From positions 137,400 to 201,399 of the forward strand of contig CAVXHI010000010.1 in assembly GCA_963761655.1 (NCBI GenBank): DNA of 64,000 nucleotides. The letters are read 5' to 3'. Origin of the DNA: an uncultured Actinomycetota bacterium (GTDB taxonomy: Bacteria; Actinomycetota; Actinomycetes; Mycobacteriales; SCTD01). The position numbers and the translations under genes were made by a program. Position 1 is the first letter of the stretch. Every line of letters starts with the position of its first letter. The notes under the pieces are model-generated. The model saw only the letters and a program-made list of their open reading frames with translations. It did no database searches and had not been told where the DNA came from. This document shows, in pieces, positions 10,488 through 20,363 of the stretch.

Positions 10488-11633
10488 ATGAGACGCCTGC
10501 CCCTCCTCGTGCTCGCCGGGGTGCTGACCGCGGTCGCCCCCGCCGCCACGTCCGCCTCGGCCGCGACGCCCTCCTACGGCCCGGTCGTCACGGCCTGCGT
10601 CGAGAAGGTCTCCGCGCTGCCCTCCGGCCGCGTCTACGGGGCGGGCGACTGCGGCCGGGGCGCCCGGCTGCTGGTCCGCGATCCCGGCGGTGCCTGGCGC
10701 TCGGCGGCGACGCTGTGGCCGGGCTACCGGGTGGAGGCCCTGGCGGCCGACGCCACGGCGTCGTTCGTCGTCGTGTCGTGCGACCGGCTCGAGCCGCCGT
10801 GCGAGGCGGGCGGGCCCTCCGGCGCGGGCTACCTCATCGGCAAGGTCCCCCACGGCGGCACGCGCAGCGCCCTCACCCGGCTCGGCGCGTCCGAGACGAC
10901 CGGTCCGGCCGACGTCGTCGCGAAGGACGGCCGCTGGTTCGCCGCCTGGACGCAGACCTTCCCCGACCGCGACCGTCCGGGCAGCGGCAGCCAGGAGGCG
11001 CACTGGGCCACCACGATGGGAGGCACCCGTCGGGGGACCTTCCCGCCGGCGACGGACGAAGCACCCGGCCGCGTCTTCACCAACCAGCCCTCGCTCGCGC
11101 TGGCCCCGTCCGGCGTGCGTGCGGCGTACACGAGCTACCGGCCCGACGACGCGTCCCCGACGAGCCGACTGCTGCTCGACGACGTCACGACCAGCGGGGC
11201 GGGCGTCCCGACGCCGTACCGGCCGGCAGCGGGCGCCGACGTCTCGTTCGTCCGGCTCGTCGTCTCGGGTGGCACGACCCTGCTGGGCTGGGCGGCGGCC
11301 GGGCGGCCGTTCGTGGGGGTCGGGGGACGCGCCGTCGCCCTGCCCTTCCGCGGCGCACCCGACGCGCTGACGCTCGCGGCCTCCGGGGGCCGGCTGTTCC
11401 TCACCACCGGCGAGTGCTTCGGCCAGCCTCGCACCGGCACCACGAACCACGTGTACGCCCGCGTCCTGGACAGCACCGGCCGCCTGCTCTCGAGCACGGA
11501 CGTCGCGGGCGTGCCGGTGCCGTCCTGCCCGGCGTCCGTCGGGGTGCCGACCGGCGCGACCGCGGCCCGCGGCGTCGGCACCGTCGCCCTCGGGCTGAGC
11601 AGCAGCCAGCGCCGGGTCGCCACCTCGCGCTGA
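10488..11633 (+). CDS. Secreted hypothetical protein, beta-rich
   Basis: Signal peptide MRRLPLLVLAGVLTAVAPAATSASA; GGAG-like RBS; host-like codon bias. Confidence 0.7.
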   Translation: MRRLPLLVLAGVLTAVAPAATSASAATPSYGPVVTACVEKVSALPSGRVYGAGDCGRGARLLVRDPGGAWRSAATLWPGYRVEALAADATASFVVVSCDRLEPPCEAGGPSGAGYLIGKVPHGGTRSALTRLGASETTGPADVVAKDGRWFAAWTQTFPDRDRPGSGSQEAHWATTMGGTRRGTFPPATDEAPGRVFTNQPSLALAPSGVRAAYTSYRPDDASPTSRLLLDDVTTSGAGVPTPYRPAAGADVSFVRLVVSGGTTLLGWAAAGRPFVGVGGRAVALPFRGAPDALTLAASGGRLFLTTGECFGQPRTGTTNHVYARVLDSTGRLLSSTDVAGVPVPSCPASVGVPTGATAARGVGTVALGLSSSQRRVATSR

Positions 11634-11692
11634 CCGACGGCGGCACGGACCGTCAGCGGCATGAAACGGCCGGGTCCGGACAGGAACCAGGC

Positions 11693-12469
11693 GTGCACAC
11701 CCTGCGGACCGGTTCTGGTCGTCCCCTCGTCCTCGTCCCCGGCGTCGGTGCGGACACCGGCACCTGGAGCCCGGTGCTCGCCGGGCTGGAGGCGCAGCGG
11801 GAGGTCGTCCGGCTCGACCTGCCCGGCTTCGGGAAGACCCCGATGCCCCCGGGCGACTACACCCTCGCGGGGCTGGCCGACGCCCTCGAGGCCCACCTGC
11901 GGGCCGAGGACCTGACCGGGGCCGACCTCGTCGGCAGCTCGATGGGGGCCCGCCTCGTGCTCGAGATGGCCCGCCGCGGGGTCGGCCGGAGCGTCGTCGC
12001 CCTCGACCCGGGCGGCTTCTGGAGCCCGGGGCAGAAGAAGGTCTTCGGGGCGACCCTCGCCGCCAGCGTCGCCCTGGTGCGCGCCCTGCGACCCGCCCTG
12101 CCCGCCCTGCTGGCCACCCCGGTCGGGCGGACCGCGCTGCTCGCCCAGCTGTCGGCGAAGCCCTGGGCGGTCGACCGCGACTACGCCGTCCGGGAGGTGC
12201 AGGGCCTGGCCGACTCCCCCGGCACCAGCCCGGCGATCAGGGCCCTGTCGACCGGGCCCGACCAGGAGGGCGCGCCCGCGGGCGCCCTGCCCGGACCCGT
12301 GCTCGCGGTCTGGGGGTCGCAGGACCGCGTCACGCTCCCCAGCCAGGCCGCGACCCTGCAGCAGCGCTTCCCCGACGCCGTCGTCGAGGTGTGGAAGGGC
12401 TGCGGGCACTTCCCGCACTGGGACCAGCCGGCCCGGACCGTGGAGGCGGTGCTGCGCCACACCGCCTGA
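11693..12469 (+). CDS. Alpha/beta-fold hydrolase
   Basis: DLPGFG, GSSMG nucleophile elbow, GSQD, GHFPH. Confidence 0.88.
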   Translation: MHTLRTGSGRPLVLVPGVGADTGTWSPVLAGLEAQREVVRLDLPGFGKTPMPPGDYTLAGLADALEAHLRAEDLTGADLVGSSMGARLVLEMARRGVGRSVVALDPGGFWSPGQKKVFGATLAASVALVRALRPALPALLATPVGRTALLAQLSAKPWAVDRDYAVREVQGLADSPGTSPAIRALSTGPDQEGAPAGALPGPVLAVWGSQDRVTLPSQAATLQQRFPDAVVEVWKGCGHFPHWDQPARTVEAVLRHTA

Positions 12470-12470
12470 G

Positions 12471-13181
12471 TCAGCGCAGGTGCTCGCCCAGGAAGCCGAG
12501 CGTGCTCGTCCAGGCGGCGGACGCGGCCGCCTCGTCGTACATCGACGGGGCGTCCCAGTTCGAGAACGCGTGGCCGGCGTCGTAGCGCTCGAGGCGCATG
12601 CCGGGGCGGCCCTGCACGGCGGCCTCGACCTCGGCGACGTCCGCCTGGGAGATCCACGGGTCGCGGTCGCCGTAGTGGAAGAGCACCGGGCAGGGGACGT
12701 CGTCCAGCATCCCGAGCAGGCCGTTGTTGCCCGAGCCGTAGTAGCTGACGGCGGCGTCGAGGCCCTTGCCGTCGACCCGGCTCCTCGCGGCGGCCAGGAA
12801 GGCCAGCGTCCCGCCGAGGCAGAACCCGACGGCGCCGGCCGTGCCCGTGCACTCGGGCAGGGACAGCAGCTGCGCGTGGGTCGCCGACACGTCCTCCGGG
12901 ACGGTGTCCCAGTCCAGCCGCCCGACCATCGCCATGCACTCCTCGAGCGAGGACTCGTCCTTGCGCTCGAACCCGGGCTCGATCCGCCAGAACACGTCCG
13001 GCACGAGCACGACGAAGCCCTCGCGGGCCAGCCGGTCGGCCAGGCCGCGCATGTTGTCGTTGACCCCGAAGATCTCCTGGAACAGCAGGATCCCGGGGCC
13101 GGGGCGGTCGGGGACGGCGCAGTGCGCGGAGAAGGTCCGCCCGTCGGAGGCGGTCACGGTCTCGGTGCGCGTCGTCGTCAC
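12471..13181 (-). CDS. Dienelactone hydrolase family protein
   Basis: QEIFGVN, GFCLGG, SYYG, AGHAF. Confidence 0.92.
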   Translation of the reverse strand: MTTTRTETVTASDGRTFSAHCAVPDRPGPGILLFQEIFGVNDNMRGLADRLAREGFVVLVPDVFWRIEPGFERKDESSLEECMAMVGRLDWDTVPEDVSATHAQLLSLPECTGTAGAVGFCLGGTLAFLAAARSRVDGKGLDAAVSYYGSGNNGLLGMLDDVPCPVLFHYGDRDPWISQADVAEVEAAVQGRPGMRLERYDAGHAFSNWDAPSMYDEAAASAAWTSTLGFLGEHLR

Positions 13182-13198
13182 GGCGCGACCCTAGGGCC

Positions 13199-13717
13199 CT
13201 ACCTGCGGACGTCGCGCCGGGGCGCGCGGTCCGGCGTCCCGGCGGGGCGGCGTCCTGCACCGTCCATCCGCACCTTGGCCGCGAGGGCGTCGTCGCCGTC
13301 GAGCGCCGGTCCGTAGGCCAGGGCCTGGAGCTTCGGGCCGTCCGCCTCGAGCAGGTCGTGCACCTCGCCGAGCACCCCGTCGAGGCCGCGGTCGGACAGC
13401 GCCTCGAGCGGGAGGGACCCGACGAGGAACAGGTCCCCGACGTCGTCGGTGGCGTAGTGCACGGTCCGCAGCCCGAGGTTGCGGCGCAGCAGGTGGGCGT
13501 GGACCCGGCCTGTGTCGGCCCCGGTGATCATGTGCATGACGAAGGCCTCGAGCTGCACCGCCTGCTCCCCCGCGACGAGCCACAGCCAGGTCCGGGGGCG
13601 CTTGGCGCCGTGCAGCTCGACGACGTACGCCCCGGCCTCGACCCGCTCGAACGGGACGGCGAGCTCGGTCAGCAGGTGGAGCAGCTTCCCGTCGAGGTGC
13701 CAGACGGTGCCGTTCAC
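13199..13717 (-). CDS. YbjN-domain protein (second paralog)
   Basis: VVELHGAKRPRTWLWLVAG...LLRRN...DDVGDLFLVG; GTG overlaps the upstream TGA. Confidence 0.75.
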   Translation of the reverse strand: MNGTVWHLDGKLLHLLTELAVPFERVEAGAYVVELHGAKRPRTWLWLVAGEQAVQLEAFVMHMITGADTGRVHAHLLRRNLGLRTVHYATDDVGDLFLVGSLPLEALSDRGLDGVLGEVHDLLEADGPKLQALAYGPALDGDDALAAKVRMDGAGRRPAGTPDRAPRRDVRR

Positions 13718-14211
13718 GCGTCCGGGCTGGCGAACCGGGCGAAGGCCGCCAGGTTCGCGGTCGACTCGCCGTTCTTCTCGCGCCAGGCCCACTCCCGCTT
13801 GATCGAGCCGGCGAACCCGAGCTCGAGCAGGGTGTCGAAGGTGGAGTCGGCGTACTCGAGGACGGCGCCGAGGATGCGGTCGACCTCGTCGGGGGTGATC
13901 GACGGCAGGGGCAGCCGCCCCACGAGGTAGACGTCGCCGACGGCGTCCATCGAGAAGGCCACGGCGTACATGCGGGCGTTCCGGCGCAGCAGGAAGCGCT
14001 GGAACTCCTCGTGGTTCTCGTCGGGCTTGCGGCAGACGAACGCCTCGACGAGCAGCGAGTGCGCCCCGGCGACCAGCCAGACGTTGGTGAAGAGCTTGTG
14101 CGTGCCGGGGAGCTTGACGAAGAACGAGCCCTCGGACGGCGAGTGGAAGTCGAGGGCGTTCTCGAGCAGGGCACCCTCGATCACCCCGTGGATCTCACTG
14201 TGGACGGTCAC
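13714..14211 (-). CDS. YbjN-domain protein (usual mshA neighbour)
   Basis: LPGTHKLFT...[12 protein letters not shown]...LLRRN...[16 protein letters not shown]...[10 protein letters not shown]. Confidence 0.85.
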   Translation of the reverse strand: MTVHSEIHGVIEGALLENALDFHSPSEGSFFVKLPGTHKLFTNVWLVAGAHSLLVEAFVCRKPDENHEEFQRFLLRRNARMYAVAFSMDAVGDVYLVGRLPLPSITPDEVDRILGAVLEYADSTFDTLLELGFAGSIKREWAWREKNGESTANLAAFARFASPDA

Positions 14212-15500
14212 GAGACCGCAGCCTGCCGTGCCCGCTCGGCGAGCGCACTCCGGTAGGTGGTGAGCAGCCCCGACGCCGTCCGGCCCCAGGAGAAGCCGGC
14301 GGCGTGCTCGACGGCGCCCAGGGACAGCAGCGGGCGCTCGCGGACGGCCCGGGTGAGCGCGGCGGCCCAGTCGTCGGAGGAGTGCCCGGGCACCAGGATC
14401 CCGCTGACGCCGTCGCGGACGGTGGTGCGCAGGCCGCCGACGTCGGTGGCGACGACGGGCGTGCCGCACGCCTGGGCCTCGAGGGCCACCAGGCCGAACG
14501 ACTCGTTGTGCGAGGGGACGGCGACGACGTCGGCCGCGGCGTACCAGTCCCGGAGGCGGTCGCGGCCCGACGGGGCCTCGAACCGGACCGGGAGGTCGAG
14601 CTCGGCGGCGAGCGCCCGGAGCAGCTCGGGCTCGCCGCCGCCGTTGCCGCTCGGACCGCCGACGACCGCGACGACCGTCCGCGCGCGCAGGGCGGGGTCG
14701 AGGCGGGCGGCGGCCCGGAGCAGCACGTCGGGCGCCTTGAGAGGCTGCAGGCGCCCGACGAACAGCAGCAGGACGGCGTCGGGCGGGACGCCGATGCTCG
14801 TCCTGGCACTCGTGGCCTCTCCCGGCCGGAAGTGCTCCAGGTCGACGCCGGGCGCCACGGTCACGACCCGGCGGGCGTCGGCGTCGTACAGCTCGACCAG
14901 CTCGCGGGCCTCGTCGGCCGTGTTCGCGACCAGGCGGTCGGCGGCGGCCACGACCTGCTCCTCGCCGACGACGCGGCGCAGCGGCTCGGGTGCGTCCCCG
15001 ACCGCGAGCGCGAGGTTCTTGACCTTGGCCAGGGTGTGCGCGGTGTGGACGAGCGGGACGTCCCAGCGCTCGGTCGCCAGCCAGCCGACCTGCCCCGACA
15101 GCCAGTAGTGCGAGTGGACGACGTCGTAGAAGCCGGGCTCGTGCCGGGCCTCGGCGCGCAGGACGCCGGAGGTCAGCGCGCACAGCTGCGACGGCAGGTC
15201 CTCCTTGCTCATCCCCTCGAACGGGCCCGCCGTGAGGTGGTGCACCGTCACGCCGGGGACGACCTCGACCGACGGCGGCAGGTCCGAGCTCGTCGCCCGG
15301 GTGAAGACCTCGACCTCGACGCCGAGGTCGGCGAGCCGCTTGCTGGTCTCGAGGACGTAGACGTTCATGCCGCCGGCGTCGCCCGTGCCGGGCTGCTCGA
15401 GCGGGGACGTGTGGACCGAGAGCACGGCGATGCGACGCGGGTGCAACGTGGACAGGTTCACGGTCCACCTCTCGGTCTGGGGTCCGGACGACCCAACCAT
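14208..15500 (-). CDS. mshA: D-inositol-3-phosphate glycosyltransferase (mycothiol synthesis)
   Basis: [57 protein letters not shown]. Confidence 0.96.
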   Translation of the reverse strand: MVGSSGPQTERWTVNLSTLHPRRIAVLSVHTSPLEQPGTGDAGGMNVYVLETSKRLADLGVEVEVFTRATSSDLPPSVEVVPGVTVHHLTAGPFEGMSKEDLPSQLCALTSGVLRAEARHEPGFYDVVHSHYWLSGQVGWLATERWDVPLVHTAHTLAKVKNLALAVGDAPEPLRRVVGEEQVVAAADRLVANTADEARELVELYDADARRVVTVAPGVDLEHFRPGEATSARTSIGVPPDAVLLLFVGRLQPLKAPDVLLRAAARLDPALRARTVVAVVGGPSGNGGGEPELLRALAAELDLPVRFEAPSGRDRLRDWYAAADVVAVPSHNESFGLVALEAQACGTPVVATDVGGLRTTVRDGVSGILVPGHSSDDWAAALTRAVRERPLLSLGAVEHAAGFSWGRTASGLLTTYRSALAERARQAAVS

Positions 15501-15523
15501 GCCCGTTCCGGCATGCTTCCCGC

Positions 15524-16252
15524 ATGCGGACAGCGGTGGTCACAGGGGCGAGCAGCGGCATCGGGGCGGCGACGGCCCTGCGGCTGGCCGCCGAGGGCTG
15601 GACGGTCGTCGCGGCGGCCCGCCGGCTGGACCGGCTGGGGGCGCTCTCGGCGCAGCACCCGGGCATCCGCCCGCAGGCCCTCGACGTCACCGACCCCCGC
15701 TCGGTCGAGCAGCTGGCCGACGCCGTGGAGGCGTGCGACCTCGTGGTGGCCAACGCCGGTGGCGCCCTGGACCTCGCGCCCCTGGAGACCGCCGACGTCG
15801 ACGCCTGGGCCCGGATGTACGACCTCAACGTCCTCGGCACGGTCCGGACGGTCCAGGCGCTGCTCCCGCAGCTGCGTGCCTCCCGCGGCCAGGTCGTCAT
15901 GACCGGCTCGACCGCCGGGCGCTGGGCCTACGAGAACGGGGGCGGCTACGTCGCGGCGAAGTTCGCGGTCAGGGCGCTGCGCGAGGTGCTGCGGCTCGAG
16001 ACGGTGTCCTACGGGGTCCGCGTCAGCGAGGTCGCGCCCGGGATGGTGCAGACCGAGGAGTTCAGCCTCACCCGGTTCGCCGGTGACCGGGAGAAGGCCG
16101 ACGCGGTCTACGCCGGCGTCGACGCCCTGACCGCCGACGACGTCGCCGACGCCATCGTCTGGGTCGCGTCCCGGCCGGCCCACGTGAACATCGACCTCGT
16201 CCAGCTGACGCCGCAGCAGCAGGCGGCGTCCTACAAGGTCGACCGCCGGTAG
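15524..16252 (+). CDS. Short-chain dehydrogenase/reductase
   Basis: [13 protein letters not shown] catalytic YxxxK, PGMVQT. Confidence 0.92.
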   Translation: MRTAVVTGASSGIGAATALRLAAEGWTVVAAARRLDRLGALSAQHPGIRPQALDVTDPRSVEQLADAVEACDLVVANAGGALDLAPLETADVDAWARMYDLNVLGTVRTVQALLPQLRASRGQVVMTGSTAGRWAYENGGGYVAAKFAVRALREVLRLETVSYGVRVSEVAPGMVQTEEFSLTRFAGDREKADAVYAGVDALTADDVADAIVWVASRPAHVNIDLVQLTPQQQAASYKVDRR

Positions 16253-16337
16253 GTGCCCGGCGTCATGATCGACGGATGCTCGAACAGCGATCCGCACGCC
16301 GGGCGCTGTCCCAGGCTCCGTTGATCAACGGTTCCGC

Positions 16338-17159
16338 GTGAGCCCCAAGCGCTACGCGGCCGGCCGCGCCCGCACCCTGGGCCTGCCCACCCGCGGGACG
16401 ACGGCGCCGAACCGGCTGCGGCGGGTCGACCGGTGGCTGGCCGCGGTCCACGGGGAGCTCCTGCGCAGCGCGGAGACGCCGCTGGTGGTCGACCTCGGGT
16501 ACGGCGCCACCCCCGTCACGGCGGTCGAGCTGCGGGAGCGGCTGTCGGCGGTCCGGCCCGACGTCGAGGTGGTGGGCCTGGAGATCGACCCGTCGCGGGT
16601 GGCCGACGCGCAGCACGCGACCCGGCCCGGCCTGTCGTTCCGGCGGGGCGGCTTCGAGCTGGCCGGGCTGCGTCCCGTCGTCGTCCGGGCGCTGAACGTC
16701 CTGCGCCAGTACGACGAGGCCGCCGCCGCAGAGGCCTGGCAGACCCTGCTGGCCGGGCTCGCCCCCGGAGGCCTGCTGGTGGAGGGCACCTGCGACGAGC
16801 TGGGGCGGCGCGCCGCCTGGGTGGCCCTCACCGCCGACGGGCCGCAGACGCTGACCCTGGCCGCGCACCTGCCGACCCTGGACCGGCCGTCGTCGCTGGC
16901 CGAGCGGCTGCCGAAGGCCCTCATCCACCACAACGTCCCCGGCGAGCCCGTGCACGCGCTCCTGGCGCAGCTGGACGACGCCTGGGACCGGTCCGCCCCG
17001 TTCGCGACGTACGGGCCGCGTCAGCGGTGGGTGGCGGCCTGCGGGCTCCTGGACGGCGTCGACGCGCGCCGGGCCCGGTTCGGGGAGCTCACCGTCCCCT
17101 GGGAACGGGTCCGGACAGCAGGAGAGGCCGTCCCCCGCAGCGGGGACGGCCTCTCCTGA
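16338..17159 (+). CDS. Class I SAM-dependent methyltransferase
   Basis: TRGTTAPNRLRRVDRW, VVDLGYG, GLEIDP, EGTCDELGR. Confidence 0.85.
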   Translation: MSPKRYAAGRARTLGLPTRGTTAPNRLRRVDRWLAAVHGELLRSAETPLVVDLGYGATPVTAVELRERLSAVRPDVEVVGLEIDPSRVADAQHATRPGLSFRRGGFELAGLRPVVVRALNVLRQYDEAAAAEAWQTLLAGLAPGGLLVEGTCDELGRRAAWVALTADGPQTLTLAAHLPTLDRPSSLAERLPKALIHHNVPGEPVHALLAQLDDAWDRSAPFATYGPRQRWVAACGLLDGVDARRARFGELTVPWERVRTAGEAVPRSGDGLS

Positions 17160-17172
17160 CGGGGTGCGGGGA

Positions 17173-17595
17173 CTACTCGGACAGCAGCAGGGCGAGCTCG
17201 GCGTCGAGGTCGACGACCTCCTCCTCGGAGCCCGTCGGCACCGCGAGGTAGGTCTGCTGGAGGAACTCGACGAGGGCGTCGCGGTCGATCTCGAACAGGG
17301 CCGAGCCGGAGGGGGAGGCCATCGCCAGGTTGACGACGCGGGCGCCACCGGAGGCGGACGGCCACACGCGGACGTCGCCCTCGCCGACCGTCGTGGCGAC
17401 GCCGTCGGTGAGCAGCTGCCGGGCGAACATCCACTCGACGGTGCCGTCGCCGTCGGCGCCGGTCTGGAAGGCGACGCGGACGGCCCACGGGTCGGCCGAC
17501 TCGTAGCGCAGGCCGGCGAGCACGGGGAGCGAGGGACCGCCGGGGACGACGAGGCGGAGCTCGAGCTCGGTCTGGACGGAGGCGATGCGGGTCAT
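17173..17595 (-). CDS. ssgB: SsgA-like family (SALP) cell-division regulator, SsgB-like
   Basis: LRYESADPWAVRVAF...VEWMFARQLLTDG...GEGDVRVWP...SPSGSALFE...FLQQTYLAVPTGSE. Confidence 0.85.
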   Translation of the reverse strand: MTRIASVQTELELRLVVPGGPSLPVLAGLRYESADPWAVRVAFQTGADGDGTVEWMFARQLLTDGVATTVGEGDVRVWPSASGGARVVNLAMASPSGSALFEIDRDALVEFLQQTYLAVPTGSEEEVVDLDAELALLLSE

Positions 17596-17790
17596 GTCGG
17601 AGTCCCTCGGGTCGGTGGTGCTGCTGCGGTGTGCGGCGACACCCGGAGCAACGAGGCCCGGCCGGGGGAGACACGGGCAGCCACGACTCTCACCCCAGCG
17701 GGTGACGCGCAGAACGGGGCAGAGCCGGACACATCCCGGCGTACTGGCGGGGTACTCGTCCCCGCATGACGATCCGACAGGAGCTCCCCC

Positions 17791-18036
17791 GTGGCTGACG
17801 ACCTGGTCCTGCTGCGCGGCGGCAGCCGCGACGGCGAGTCGACGACCGTGGCCGACGGCGTGCGCCGGCTGCTCGCCGCCTCGGTCGCCCCCGGCCTCAT
17901 CGACGTCTACGAGGCGAACGGCGAGACCCAGCACGTGCCGGGCAACGACACCGACGCCCTCGTGTTCGTCCACGCCGGGCAGGAGCCGGTGGGCGACACC
18001 GCCCCCGAGATGCTCCACCCGCCGCAGGGCCACTGA
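17791..18036 (+). CDS. Small hypothetical protein
   Basis: AGGAG RBS, 81 aa, host-like codon bias. Confidence 0.65.
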   Translation: MADDLVLLRGGSRDGESTTVADGVRRLLAASVAPGLIDVYEANGETQHVPGNDTDALVFVHAGQEPVGDTAPEMLHPPQGH

Positions 18037-18049
18037 CAGCCGGGCGCCA

Positions 18050-19072
18050 CTAGGACGGCGCGGGACGCCGCCGCAGCACCACCAGCACCAGCCCGGCCAC
18101 CAGCAGCACCACGGCCACGCTCGCGGCCGCGACCACGAGCACGAAGGTCTTCGACACACCACTCGAGCCCGAGCGGACCCCGTCCGCCTGGACGCCCTGA
18201 CCGGCAGCGCCGGCCTGTCCCTGCCCGGGCGGGGCCAGCGTGGCTTCGCCCGAGAAGCTGACCGGCGTCAGGCCCGCCGCCGTGAGCCCGACCGTGATCC
18301 GGTACGACCCCGGCACCAGCGCCTCGGGCCAGCGGACCGGGTAGTGCAGGGGGTCGCCGGGCAGCAGGGTGTCCAGCGCGCGCCGCTCGGTCCGGTCGTA
18401 GCCGGCTCGCTGGACGCGCACCGTCATCTGCGGGCGGGCCAGCCGCCGGCCGGTGTTGTCGAGGCCGACGACGACGACCGGACTGCCCGTGCCGGCGAGC
18501 GGCTCCAACGCCGCGCCCCGGACGGCGAGGGCTGTCGGGGCCGGCCCGGCGACCCGAACGAGCGCCCCGATGACCGAGCGGCCGACCGTGGTGACCTGGA
18601 GGGGTCCGGCACTGCCGGCCGATCCCTGGACGTCCTGGAACGCGAGCCCGGCCAGGTGGTCACCCGGCGTCGCGCCGGCCGGGACCTGGACTGTGAAGGG
18701 GACGACCACCCGGCCGCCGGAGGGCACGGTGACCCGGGAGGAGCCCAGGCGGATCCAGTCCGCCGCGTCGGACGACGGGGCGCCCGCGTCGCGGTAGGAC
18801 GCTCCGGAGGCGTCGGCGGTGACGGCGTCCACGGCGGAGACCGCGTAGGTGGCGTCCCGGCTCTCGCCGTTGGTGACCACGACACCGTTGGCCAGCCGGC
18901 TTCCGGGCGCGGTGGACCAGGTGAAGTAGGAGCTCTCGGCCCCCAGCTCGGAGGTCGGGCGCTCAGGCGACAGGCTGATGCCGCCTCCGGGTGTCTGTCC
19001 CACGGCTGCGGCGCCGCCCGTCCCGAGGAGGACGAGCGACGCCGCGAGCAGCGTGCAGGCAGTGCGGGTCAG
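18050..19072 (-). CDS. DUF916-like (WxL-interacting) cell-surface protein with C-terminal TM anchor; probable CTG start
   Basis: YFTWSTAPG...VVVTN...VDAVT...VPFTVQVPAGATPGDHLAGL...NTG; signal peptide LTRTACTLLAASLVLLG after AGGAG; TM + RRR. Confidence 0.72.
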   Translation of the reverse strand: MTRTACTLLAASLVLLGTGGAAAVGQTPGGGISLSPERPTSELGAESSYFTWSTAPGSRLANGVVVTNGESRDATYAVSAVDAVTADASGASYRDAGAPSSDAADWIRLGSSRVTVPSGGRVVVPFTVQVPAGATPGDHLAGLAFQDVQGSAGSAGPLQVTTVGRSVIGALVRVAGPAPTALAVRGAALEPLAGTGSPVVVVGLDNTGRRLARPQMTVRVQRAGYDRTERRALDTLLPGDPLHYPVRWPEALVPGSYRITVGLTAAGLTPVSFSGEATLAPPGQGQAGAAGQGVQADGVRSGSSGVSKTFVLVVAAASVAVVLLVAGLVLVVLRRRPAPS

Positions 19073-19085
19073 AGCAGTGCTCCTG

Positions 19086-20162
19086 TCAGGGCCCGGTCAC
19101 CAGGGAGACGACCCAGGTGGACGAGTAGTTGCCCTTGTAGGCCTTTGCCGGCAGGGCGATCGAGAAGCCGGGTGTGATGGTCTGGTTGCCCATCCCGCTG
19201 TCCGCGGCAGCGGCGAACACCCTCGTCGCGGAGGCACCCAGGATACCCGTGAGCGTGCTGTTCACCGCCGGGGCGCAGTCGACGCCGGCCGCGCAGACGC
19301 CTGCAGCCGGGGAGGTGAAGGTGACGGCCGAGCCCGGCAGCGCCTTGCCAGCGCTGTTGGTGAACGGCGTCGCGGCGATCTGCACGTTCCAGCCGGCGCC
19401 GGTGCCGCGCGCGTCGCTGACGAGCAGCGGGAGGCTGCCGGTCGCGGTCTTGTTGCCGCCGTCGAGCGTGACGCCGCTGATCGTCGGTGCGCCAGGAGCG
19501 GCGCCGAAGCCGATCTCACCGCCCTGCACGTTGAGGGGGGCGGTGACCACCGGGTCGGGCACGGTGACCTCGACACCGAAGACCGCGTCCTCACGCGGCC
19601 CCTCCCAGCCCTCGATGATGTCGACCGGGTAGATGTTGTAGGACGCGCCACTGGCGTAGTCCGTCGACGTCGTCGCCCAGCTGAGGTTGGTAGACGCGCA
19701 CTGACCGTTGCCTGCCTGCTGCTCGACCTGCACGAGCAGTCCGTACTTCGTCCCCGCGACCACCGACGGCGCGTCGGCGTCCGCGAACGTCAGCCGCTTG
19801 ACGACCTGGTCGCCGGAGACGGAGCTGTAGCCGGTGGCTCCGAGGTCGGTCTTCGGCTTCCCGCTGGCCGTCACGTCCGTGATCCGGTAACGGACCACGC
19901 AGGTGGCGTTCACGGTCGACAGCACCGCGGTGGCGGCAGCGACGCGGCCGGAGTGCTCCGCCACGAACGTCTGCGCCAGCGTCCACACCGCGGGGATCGG
20001 CTTCGAGCTGAGCTGCCCGGTCACCTTGCTCGACAGGTTGCCGGCGTCCGGCAGGGTGCCTCCGGCGGAGGCGGCGCTGCCGAGTGCGGTCGCGGCGAGC
20101 ATTCCGGCAAGGCCGAGCACGGCGGTGGCGGCGCGCGACCTGCGGATCAGGGTGCGGCTCAT
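19086..20162 (-). CDS. Secreted WxL-domain protein
   Basis: Signal peptide; C-terminal VSDARGTGAGWNVQI...LPAKAYKGNYSSTWVVSLVTGP typical of WxL domains; GGAGG RBS. Confidence 0.75.
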   Translation of the reverse strand: MSRTLIRRSRAATAVLGLAGMLAATALGSAASAGGTLPDAGNLSSKVTGQLSSKPIPAVWTLAQTFVAEHSGRVAAATAVLSTVNATCVVRYRITDVTASGKPKTDLGATGYSSVSGDQVVKRLTFADADAPSVVAGTKYGLLVQVEQQAGNGQCASTNLSWATTSTDYASGASYNIYPVDIIEGWEGPREDAVFGVEVTVPDPVVTAPLNVQGGEIGFGAAPGAPTISGVTLDGGNKTATGSLPLLVSDARGTGAGWNVQIAATPFTNSAGKALPGSAVTFTSPAAGVCAAGVDCAPAVNSTLTGILGASATRVFAAAADSGMGNQTITPGFSIALPAKAYKGNYSSTWVVSLVTGP

Positions 20163-20363
20163 GAGGTCCTCCAGGGGGACGCGGCTCGTGGGCGCTGGGT
20201 GCGCACCTGCGACGAGGCCGTCGTCGTCGTCGCCGACTCTCGGGCAGACGCCTGGCGGACACGATGGTCATCGCGGGTCCGTCTCGTCAGGCGCCGTCGT
20301 CAGGTCGCGTCCGATTTGCATGACCCGTTCGGGTGAGGCCCTCGACGGACCGTGAAGAGGCGG

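Noticed and set aside
16262-16332. REP-like element (TCATGATC...CGTTGATCAACG); also GTGATCTT...GCAAGA at 1870-1916
   Set aside because: Short, degenerate and single-copy in this window
20163-20363. c-di-GMP or c-di-AMP riboswitch in the WxL leader
   Set aside because: No recognisable GEMM or ydaO consensus by eye; an Infernal/Rfam scan would settle it
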